The notes under the pieces: model-generated | Told to the model about the DNA's origin: nothing | What the model saw: the letters and a program-made list of their open reading frames with translations, nothing else | The model's database searches: none | Made by a program: the position numbers and the translations under genes | NCBI GenBank assembly: GCA_040289575.1 | Contig: PSLL01000046.1 | Span: 1 to 15,731 of the forward strand | Source: Candidatus Dadabacteria bacterium | GTDB taxonomy: Bacteria > Desulfobacterota_D > UBA1144 > Nemesobacterales > CSP1-2 | Direction of reading: 5' to 3' | DNA length: 15,731 nt | Part shown: positions 8,183-15,731 of the stretch, in pieces | Numbering within the stretch: the first letter of the stretch is position 1 | Layout of the letters: every line of letters begins with the position of its first letter

Positions 8183-8305
8183 CGATCTAAAAAAATTAGC
8201 TGCAAACAGGAAATGATCCAAGAACAGGATGGACGGTTTATCTTGTCTACATCTTGTATCGTGAATCATGCATTATTTTTTTCGTTAACTTAAGGAGGCA
8301 AGGAA

Positions 8306-9301
8306 ATGGGCAATGAAATTTGGATAGTAGCGGACATCACAATAGACGGAAAGGTTAGAAAGGCGACATTTGAGGCATTATCCGAGGCGCGTAGGAAACT
8401 CGTTCCAAAGCTAGGAGGACAGATATGCGGCGTTCTTCTTGGCTCCGGGGTTTCTGGGCTTGCTCAGGAGCTGGGAAAGTACGGTACCGAGAAGGTTTAC
8501 GTCGTGGATAATGAAACTTTAAAAGACTACACCCCTGAAGGATATGCGATTGCGCTTGCGGATTTAATTAAAAAACACCAACCGCCCATTGTAATAACGG
8601 GGAACACATCCGTCGGTCAGGATTTTTTCCCTCGGGTTGCAGCCCTTGTAGGAGCGGGGCTCGCAATGGACGCAATTGATTTAGACCTTACAGATGATAA
8701 GAGATTAAAAATCAAGCGCTATATGTACTCTGCAAAATCCATTGCCACAGTGGAATTCCTCGATCATAAGCCCATGATGACGACAATCAGACCCAATGTG
8801 TTTAAACCCGAAGAAGAGCCGAAGAATCCGGAGATTGTGAATGAGTCTGTTAATCTTAAACCTGAGGATATAAAAATAAAGACTGTAGAGATAAAGAGAA
8901 AAGAATCCGCGCGGCCTGAGCTAACAGAAGCCGATAGGATTGTCTCAGGCGGGCGGGGAATGGGAAGCGGAGATAATTTCAAACTGATATTTGAACTTGC
9001 TGACGCAATCGGTGCCGCAGCAGGTGCATCACGCGCGGCGGTAGATGCAGGGTTTGTCCCCTATGCTATGCAGGTCGGGCAGACCGGAAAGGTTGTCTCT
9101 CCTACTCTCTACATTGCGGTCGGAATCTCGGGCTCGGTCCAGCACTTTGCCGGAATGGGCTCTTCCAAGGTGATTGTAGCAATCAATAAAGATCCGGACG
9201 CCCCGATCTTCCAGAAATGCGACTATGGTATTGTAGGAGACCTGTTTCAGATAGTTCCTGCGCTTACAGAGGAGTTTAAGAAACTCCTTGCACAACAGTA
9301 G
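8306..9301 (+). CDS. etfA: Electron transfer flavoprotein subunit alpha
   Basis: [54 protein letters not shown]. Confidence 0.97.
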   Translation: MGNEIWIVADITIDGKVRKATFEALSEARRKLVPKLGGQICGVLLGSGVSGLAQELGKYGTEKVYVVDNETLKDYTPEGYAIALADLIKKHQPPIVITGNTSVGQDFFPRVAALVGAGLAMDAIDLDLTDDKRLKIKRYMYSAKSIATVEFLDHKPMMTTIRPNVFKPEEEPKNPEIVNESVNLKPEDIKIKTVEIKRKESARPELTEADRIVSGGRGMGSGDNFKLIFELADAIGAAAGASRAAVDAGFVPYAMQVGQTGKVVSPTLYIAVGISGSVQHFAGMGSSKVIVAINKDPDAPIFQKCDYGIVGDLFQIVPALTEEFKKLLAQQ

Positions 9302-9324
9302 TTTTTTTTGGATGAGTATGATTT

Positions 9325-9352
9325 TAGGGGGCACGTTTCAACGTGCCCCCTA
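9325..9352. terminator. Perfect inverted repeat between convergent etfA and murI; probable bidirectional terminator or REP-like element
   Basis: TAGGGGGCACGTT-TC-AACGTGCCCCCTA with 13-bp arms, flanked by A/T-rich sequence. Confidence 0.75.
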
Positions 9353-9353
9353 T

Positions 9354-10166
9354 TTATATATCTACCTGCTCGACCCGTTCTATTTTTTCACCTAGAAATC
9401 TCCCCGCAACAGAGACGAAGGTTTCTGAGACATCTGTAAGGTAAAACTCCTTTTGGCCAGAGGTGGAATTTTCATTTGAGATGTTGTTTTCTTTAAGAAT
9501 CCTTTCTATCTCTGAAGCGGTCTCTTCAGCAGAATCCACAAGCGCGACTCCTTCTCCCATAACCTTTTGAATAGTGGATTTGAGGAGAGGGTAATGGGTA
9601 CAGCCGAGTATGAGAATATCAATCCCGGATTCTTTTAAAGTCCACAGGTATTTTTTCGCCACAATCTCCGCGATTTCTCCATCGGTCCACCCTTCCTCGG
9701 CGAGCGGAACAAAAAGAGGGCAGGCTTTGGAATAGACCTTTATTTCCGGAGCGACATTTTCTATGGCCTTCTTATATGCATCGCTCCGTATTGTTGATGG
9801 CGTTCCTATTACTCCTACTTTTCCTGTCTTGGTAATTCTTGCCGCTTTTCTCCCTCCGGGTTCAATCACACCTATTACGGGAATCTCAAAATCCCATCGC
9901 AGACTCGGAAGCGCAACGGCGGAGGCGGTGTTGCATGCAACAACCAGAAGTTTAATACCTTTTGATAAGAGAAACCTCGCGTTGCTCTCCGAGTACGCAA
10001 TCACAGTCCGACTGGATTTTGTTCCATAAGGAACCCTTGCTGTATCGCCTAGATAAACGAGGTTTTCATTCGGAAGCCTCTTTAGGATTTCCTTTACAAC
10101 TGTAAGCCCGCCTATGCCTGAGTCGAATACACCTATGGGAGATAAACTAATTTGGGTTTTAGTCAT
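9354..10166 (-). CDS. murI: Glutamate racemase
   Basis: IGVFDSGIGGL, GDTARVPYG, catalytic ACNTAS and LGCTHYP. Confidence 0.98.
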   Translation of the reverse strand: MTKTQISLSPIGVFDSGIGGLTVVKEILKRLPNENLVYLGDTARVPYGTKSSRTVIAYSESNARFLLSKGIKLLVVACNTASAVALPSLRWDFEIPVIGVIEPGGRKAARITKTGKVGVIGTPSTIRSDAYKKAIENVAPEIKVYSKACPLFVPLAEEGWTDGEIAEIVAKKYLWTLKESGIDILILGCTHYPLLKSTIQKVMGEGVALVDSAEETASEIERILKENNISNENSTSGQKEFYLTDVSETFVSVAGRFLGEKIERVEQVDI

Positions 10167-10173
10167 GGGTTTA

Positions 10174-10201
10174 AATTTAGATTAGTAGATTTGGATGTCA
10201 A
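10174..10201 (-). promoter_or_regulatory. Sigma70-type promoter of murI
   Basis: On the minus strand: TTGACA (10201-10196), 16-nt spacer, TAAATT (10179-10174), ending 7 nt before the ATG. Confidence 0.55.
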
Positions 10202-10384
10202 CTCAAGGGCTGGCAAATGAAAATATTACATCGCATCTTTGTTAGAGAACAGTCTATCAATATGGATAGAATTTTGTGATTTTTCGGTTATAATAATATC
10301 CATGTTAAATTCTTTTTTATTTTCCTGTCCATGATTCTCCGCCATATTTAACCATCAACAAATACCATAAGAGAGGTGAAAAAA

Positions 10385-10810
10385 ATGAATCTAGTTCTAG
10401 AACTATATAAGGATAATATCGAATTTCTAAAAACTACTGTGTACTTAACCTACGAAACCCTGAGCGAATTTTATCGTCTCTGGTCTCACTTACTAGGACC
10501 AACTGACCTTACGCATACCCTAAAGGACAATTACAGGGAGGAGAGTGTAGAAGGGATTCAGAAAAAGGCCTTTAATTTTCTTTCCAAGCTGTATGATTTG
10601 TGTGAATCTGACCAGACTAAAGGATTCAATATGTATGAAATTGGTGATGAGCTAGGGTATAGTACATCTGAAGCTGAATTTATTGTAGAAACCCTCTCCC
10701 GCGCAGAGTTAATTAGGCATGAGAAATCTTCCAATGAAGTCAGAATTACTCCTTACGGGATTATGACTATAAAGGGTGAGATTACAGTTGGTTATGCTCC
10801 GATTCATTGA
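10385..10810 (+). CDS. Hypothetical protein with winged-helix-like C-terminal domain
   Basis: SD GAGGTG lies 6 nt before the ATG at 10385 (alternative GTG start at 10376). NMYEIGDELGYSTSEAEFIVETLSRAELI..VRITPYG resembles an HTH plus wing. Confidence 0.7.
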   Translation: MNLVLELYKDNIEFLKTTVYLTYETLSEFYRLWSHLLGPTDLTHTLKDNYREESVEGIQKKAFNFLSKLYDLCESDQTKGFNMYEIGDELGYSTSEAEFIVETLSRAELIRHEKSSNEVRITPYGIMTIKGEITVGYAPIH

Positions 10811-10824
10811 AACGGATTAATAGA

Positions 10825-12188
10825 TTAAAACAGCGCCTCAATCGCCTTTTCAATTGAGCCTACGCCGATAAGGGAGATGTCGGTGTCCGAACGCTTCAGC
10901 CTCTCAAGGTTTATCCGAGGAAGAACGCATTTACGAAAGCCCAATTTCTCGGATTCCTTAAGCCTGAGTTCCACCTGAGAGACGCCCCGCACTTCACCGG
11001 CAAGGCCGATTTCGCCGAACACAACTATATCGGATTCAATCGGTTTGTTTAAGAGGCTCGATGCGAGAGAGGTGATGATGCCGAGGTCAATCGCGGGTTC
11101 CTCGATTCTCACTCCTCCTGCGACGTTCATAAAAATATCCTGACCCGATATGTGAAGCCCTGCCCTTTTTTCTAGCACTGCGGCAAGAAGTGAGACGCGG
11201 TTGTAATCAAGCCCTATAGTTGTTCTTCTTGGTACGCCGAAATTACAGGACGAAACCAGAGCCTGAATCTCTAGATGGGTCTTGTGCCTTCCAGGCTTGG
11301 GACAACAACCGAGCCTGGGGCGTTTACTGGGCGCTCGGAGAGGAATATTTCCGATGGACTTTTTACCTCTTCAAGTCCGCTTTCATGCATCTCAAATACG
11401 CCGATCTCATTTGTTGAGCCAAACCTATTTTTTACAGCTCTCAGAATTCTATAGGAATGCTCCCGTCCGCCTTCAAAGTAGAGCACCGTATCTACAAGAT
11501 GCTCCAGAACCTTTGGTCCCGCAATCGTTCCCTCCTTTGTCACATGCCCGATAAGGAAAATCGCTATGCCGCTTGTCTTTGCATATTGCATAATCTTTGC
11601 TGCACTCTCTCTTATCTGTCCTACACTTCCTGGGGCAGAGGGAAAATCCTCGGTGTATATAGTCTGAATCGAATCAATTACCGCGAGTTTTGGTGAAAGC
11701 CTCTCTATCTCATTGAGAATGTTCTCTACAGAGGTTTCTGCAAAAACAAAGAGCCTGTCGGAGCCTACGCCCATTCGCTCGGCTCTCATCTTTACCTGCT
11801 CGGGGGATTCTTCGCCCGTAACATAGAGAACGCTCATTTTAGATAGGCTTACGTTGTTTACCATATCAAGTGCAAGTGTGGACTTTCCAATTCCGGGGTC
11901 GCCTCCTACGAGCACAAGTGAGCCGGGAACAAATCCGCCTCCAAGAACCCTATCTAATTCCCCGATTCCCGTCCCAATTCTCTCTTCCTTTGTGCTTTCT
12001 ATTTGAGTAATGGCAATAGAGGAGGAGTTGCAGGAGGCCTTTCCATGGCTTCTCTTCTCTCTTATTACCCTCTCTTCAACGTAAGAGTTCCATTCACCGC
12101 AGGCGGGGCACTTTCCCAACCATCTGGGCGATGAGTTACCACAGTTCTGACATACATATTGCGATTGTGCTTTAGATTTTTTCATCAC
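10825..12188 (-). pseudogene. radA: DNA repair protein RadA/Sms, frameshifted at ~11271 (real pseudogene or sequence error)
   Basis: N-terminal part: C4 Zn finger, Walker A GDPGIGKS, KNRFG. After EGTRPI there is a TAG. The conserved EIQALV..PRRT..RVSLLAAVLEKR..GEIGLAGEVR continues in another frame to 10825. Confidence 0.93.
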
Positions 12189-12199
12189 GACTAAATTAT

Positions 12200-12781
12200 T
12201 TAACTCAACTTAAACAATAAAGCAATCCATCCTCCCTCCGATAGTTCCTCATCCGGGAAAAGACCTAGCTCTCGAAATCTCTGAACTACCATCTCTTTTT
12301 GCCCTGTTAGCCAAATTCCAGAGACTAGAAGCAGGCCATCGCTTTTTAACTTGGATTTAAGCTCCTCGCTTATATTAAGAATTTCAACTGTTCCAAGATT
12401 GGCAAGTACGAGGTCAAATTTATCATTAATGCCTTTCAAGGAATCATACATGACCTGAATATTGGAGAATCCATTCTTTTTAACGTTTATTTTGGCTTCC
12501 TCTACAGCTATAGGGTCAACATCTAGGGCCAAAACCGTATCGGCTCCCAGTGCAGCGGCACAAAGTGCAAGCACACCAGTTCCGCATCCCACGTCCAGAA
12601 CCCTATCTACTTTCTTCCTTTTAAATATGTTCTCTATTCCTTTAATACAGAGTCTGGTAGACGGCTGATTTCCTCTACCAAACGCCTCTCCCGGATCAAT
12701 TTCAATAATCCTTTCTTCGCCATTTGCGAGTTTTAAGGATGTGATTGAGATACTTAAACTGGATTCCCGACAAAAAAGCAT
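12200..12781 (-). CDS. PrmA-like class I SAM-dependent methyltransferase (catalytic domain only)
   Basis: IDPGEAFGRGNQPSTRLC resembles PrmA DPGMAFGTG.H.TT.LC; motif I VLDVGCGTG; DVDPIAV; FDLVLAN; LLVSGI. Confidence 0.85.
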   Translation of the reverse strand: MLFCRESSLSISITSLKLANGEERIIEIDPGEAFGRGNQPSTRLCIKGIENIFKRKKVDRVLDVGCGTGVLALCAAALGADTVLALDVDPIAVEEAKINVKKNGFSNIQVMYDSLKGINDKFDLVLANLGTVEILNISEELKSKLKSDGLLLVSGIWLTGQKEMVVQRFRELGLFPDEELSEGGWIALLFKLS

Positions 12782-12842
12782 TTAACCCTATATGGCTACT
12801 TTAGATCTTTTGAGCTAATTGGGATTTTGACTCTCTAAGTTA

Positions 12843-15344
12843 CTAATCCTCTGTCTCTTTCTCTTCCCCTGTTTTCCCTGCATTCCCTTTTGTCAGCTTT
12901 CTGAACTTCTCAACAAGCTCCTTTAGGCGCTTATCAACGAGATAATTTACAGTTCCTTCCTTAAACTTCCCATCGGAATCCCTTTCGCCCGCTTCCATCC
13001 CCGTTATGATCCCTACCGCTTGGTCAATAGTCTCTACAGGATAGATGTGAAACTTCCCCTCTCTTATAGCCTCAACGATTTCTCTTTTTAACATCAAATT
13101 CCTCACGTTTTGATGCGGTATTATTACACCCTGATCTCCGGTCAAACCGTGGACTTTGCATACATGATAAAACCCTTCGACCTTTTCATTCACCCCACCT
13201 ATGGGTTGAATCTGTCCTTTCTGATTTACAGAACCCGTAATGGCAAAGTTCTGTCTAATCGGAACCCCTGAGAGACTCGATATTATGGCAATAAGCTCTG
13301 CAGCGGATGCGCTATCACCCTCTATCACATCGTAGCTCTGCTCAAAGCATAGGGTTGCCGAGAGGCTAAGAGGCTTATTTTGGGCATACTTTGCTCCGAT
13401 ATATCCGCTTAGAATAAGAACACCCTTATTGTGAATGTTGCCGCTTAGGCTCGCCTTCCTTTCGATGTTAACAACGCCCTCTGCCCCCATAAATGTCTCA
13501 CATGTGATTCTCGAAGGCTTTCCAAATGCATAATCACCTAGGTTATAGACGGCAAGTCCGTTAATCTGTCCTACTACGGTGCCCTCAGTGTCTACCAGTA
13601 TCATTCCCTCCGCAATCATCTCACGGATCTTTTCCTCAATCATATTTGATCTGTAAATCTTCTCCTCAATTGCCTTCTCTACGTGTTTTCGTGTTACATA
13701 TCTACTGTCGTCTAAGCCTGCCCAGTAGCTTGACTCTATTATAATCTTGGAGACAGCCCCAAACTGAGTGGACAGTTTATTCTGATCCCCCGCGAGCCTT
13801 GAGCAGTATTCAATTATCCTCTCAATCCCGCTTTTGTCGTAGTGCTTGAGGTGTTCTTTATCGCATATGGATTTTATATAGCAGGCATATTGAGAAACCA
13901 TTGCGTCGGTTCTTTCTACGACCGAGTCAAAGTCGGCTTTCACTTTAAAGAGCTTTCTGAAGTCCTCATCGTATTCATAAAGCAGGTGATAAATCTGGAG
14001 GCTCCCCGTCAATATGACCTTTACGTTCAATTTTATGGGCTCGGGTCTCAGTCCGGCCGTAGCTATAAGCCCATACTGCTGATACACGTCTTCAATTCTC
14101 AATTCCTGATTCTCAAGAACCCTTTTAAGCGAATCCCAGACAAATGGATATTTGAGGATGTCGAGTGCCTCAACTACCAGATAGCCGCCGTTTGCTTTGG
14201 CAAGCGAGCCTGCGCGAATCATCGTAAAATCTGTAACAAGAACGCCGAACCTAACTTCTCTTTCAATTGAACCGAACATGTTTGGGTAGTTGGGATGGGA
14301 CTCGAATATTACGGGTGCTCCTTCTGTATTGGAATTATCTATCACGACATTTACCTGATATTCGGTAAATGTCGGCTTTTGCTGAGGAACCTTAAACGGA
14401 AACGGCCCACCCGCATCTGCGGACTTCTCGGGTAGGAAGTTATCAATATTTTCGAGTATGTGTCTTTGTGTCATGTCCAGATAATCTATTATGTCGGGAT
14501 AGGCTTTGTATTTCTCCCTCACACTGTCAAGTAGGTCTCTTACAGCAAAAAGAGCCACCTTATTCTCGAGTTCCTTGAGCTTATTTGCAGATTCCCTCTC
14601 AAGGTTCTTTACACTCTTAAAAATCTCCCCGACCTCTTGGTCAATCTTCTCCTTACTCCTCCTCATCTCCTCTTTATGGGCATCATCGAGCGCATTGTAT
14701 TCCTCTTGCGTAAGGGGTTTTCCGCGAAAAAGCGGAATCGTCACAATCCCTGTCGGTGTAAACTGTATTTGCATCTGCTCTTCTGAGGCCTTCCTCTGAA
14801 GCTCCTCGAAGAGAGCCTCTTTTTGCCTCTGAGATTCGTTTATAATCCGCTGCCTCTCTTCTTCATATTGCTTACTCTCGAATGCCTTGGATATGTTGGT
14901 TCTCAGGCTCTCAAGGAGGTCTTCCATATCCTTCTTAAACACCCTTCCCATTCCCGTTGGGAGGCTTATTGACTTGGGTGTATTTGGGTCTTCAAAATTA
15001 TAGACGTAGCACCAATCGCCGGGCGTAGGGCGATTTTTAGAGATCATTGAAAGTATGGCCCTTATAGAGCTTGTTTTTCCAACCCCGGGGGGACCAGCAA
15101 GGTAGAGGTTGTATCCGCGATGCTCTATCCCTAAGCCGAAATATATCGCATTTACCGCCCTTTCTTGACCAATGAAATCCTCACAGCCCACAAGCCCATT
15201 TGTAGTCCTAAACCGTTTAGAGAACCACGGAGGTAGAGAAGAGGAGGGAAAACCGGTGATCTCCTCCGTAGTTCTAAACCTGAACTCCCTTAGATCACAG
15301 GAGCGATAAACCTCATTCGGGGAAAGCTCTCTTATTTTTTTCAT
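12843..15344 (-). CDS. Lon-family (LonC/LonB-like, YcbZ-type) AAA protease
   Basis: IGQERA, Walker A GPPGVGKT, DWCYVYNF, long coiled-coil insert, ANGGYL, Ser-Lys dyad GDSAS..GGVNEK. The likely start is MKKIREL at 15344 (SD-like AAGGGG) rather than 15416. Confidence 0.93.
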   Translation of the reverse strand: MKKIRELSPNEVYRSCDLREFRFRTTEEITGFPSSSLPPWFSKRFRTTNGLVGCEDFIGQERAVNAIYFGLGIEHRGYNLYLAGPPGVGKTSSIRAILSMISKNRPTPGDWCYVYNFEDPNTPKSISLPTGMGRVFKKDMEDLLESLRTNISKAFESKQYEEERQRIINESQRQKEALFEELQRKASEEQMQIQFTPTGIVTIPLFRGKPLTQEEYNALDDAHKEEMRRSKEKIDQEVGEIFKSVKNLERESANKLKELENKVALFAVRDLLDSVREKYKAYPDIIDYLDMTQRHILENIDNFLPEKSADAGGPFPFKVPQQKPTFTEYQVNVVIDNSNTEGAPVIFESHPNYPNMFGSIEREVRFGVLVTDFTMIRAGSLAKANGGYLVVEALDILKYPFVWDSLKRVLENQELRIEDVYQQYGLIATAGLRPEPIKLNVKVILTGSLQIYHLLYEYDEDFRKLFKVKADFDSVVERTDAMVSQYACYIKSICDKEHLKHYDKSGIERIIEYCSRLAGDQNKLSTQFGAVSKIIIESSYWAGLDDSRYVTRKHVEKAIEEKIYRSNMIEEKIREMIAEGMILVDTEGTVVGQINGLAVYNLGDYAFGKPSRITCETFMGAEGVVNIERKASLSGNIHNKGVLILSGYIGAKYAQNKPLSLSATLCFEQSYDVIEGDSASAAELIAIISSLSGVPIRQNFAITGSVNQKGQIQPIGGVNEKVEGFYHVCKVHGLTGDQGVIIPHQNVRNLMLKREIVEAIREGKFHIYPVETIDQAVGIITGMEAGERDSDGKFKEGTVNYLVDKRLKELVEKFRKLTKGNAGKTGEEKETED

Positions 15345-15559
15345 AATATTGCCCCTTTTGTTTTTACATAAAACAAGAGAATAAGCAGAGTAGTGATTTG
15401 AATTAAATGATACCATAAACCTCTAATCATAGAAAAATACAAATTTCGACGCTGTTAAAATCCTAATTTGGGTGACGATATTCTTCATTCTCGGTTCGGG
15501 GAATCATTCAAATACCTTCTTGTCTGCTGACATAGTGCTGTAGTTTAGCTTTTGCCTCC

Positions 15560-15588
15560 TTGACAGCCTAAGTATGGGGCGGTAAATT
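15560..15588 (+). promoter_or_regulatory. Sigma70-type promoter divergent from the Lon-like gene
   Basis: TTGACA (15560-15565), 17-nt spacer, TAAATT (15583-15588). Confidence 0.65.
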
Positions 15589-15590
15589 AA

Positions 15591-15606
15591 GTAAGTAATT
15601 ACTTAC
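15591..15606. promoter_or_regulatory. Perfect 16-bp palindrome, candidate repressor operator
   Basis: GTAAGTAATTACTTAC, directly over the predicted transcription start. Confidence 0.6.
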
Positions 15607-15731
15607 AAAAAGGGATTTTAAGATTCGATCCCTTTTTAAGAATAGGTAGTTTGTGTTAGATCATATGGAATCCCCTGACATTATAGTTACAGAGGATATA
15701 CACAAGGTATATAAGATGGGAGATGTGGAGG

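Noticed and set aside
10825..11178. Independent 117-aa Lon-like or chelatase-like gene
   Set aside because: It is the C-terminal part of the frameshifted radA; homology extends upstream of the called start to 11271.
15345..15416. 24-aa N-terminal extension of the Lon-like protease
   Set aside because: AT-rich, with no SD at the upstream ATG; the ATG at 15344 has an SD-like AAGGGG and a family-like start.
15716..15731. Possible CDS start at the window edge
   Set aside because: Only 5 codons are visible and the SD is weak; it cannot be supported.

Overview
Bacterial chromosomal window, roughly 40-45% GC by eye, mostly housekeeping genes. Left to right: a probably truncated membrane-anchored ORF and a clan AA aspartyl protease (- strand); a lipoprotein cytochrome c and a small lipoprotein; tRNA-Ser(GGA)-ffs(SRP RNA)-dnaX-ybaB-recR followed by a MaoC-like dehydratase; an orphan Gly/Met/Phe repeat protein with a signal peptide; a dodecin-fold gene followed by etfB-etfA; murI; a winged-helix-like hypothetical; and a - strand run of LonC-type protease, short PrmA-like methyltransferase and radA (frameshifted). 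I see no CRISPR array, integrase, transposase or prophage gene, and no clearly new multi-gene system. The most notable signals are: (1) an A9 run in dnaX with nearby stops in both shifted frames (candidate gamma-subunit slippage site); (2) an in-frame 66-nt forward/inverted/forward insertion near the 5' end of the Lon-like gene; (3) the orphan SFGMGNR-repeat protein; (4) a 4-nt deletion splitting radA; (5) a dodecin lacking the usual flavin-binding residues; and (6) several degenerate palindromic intergenic elements. All calls come from manual motif reading, without database searches.
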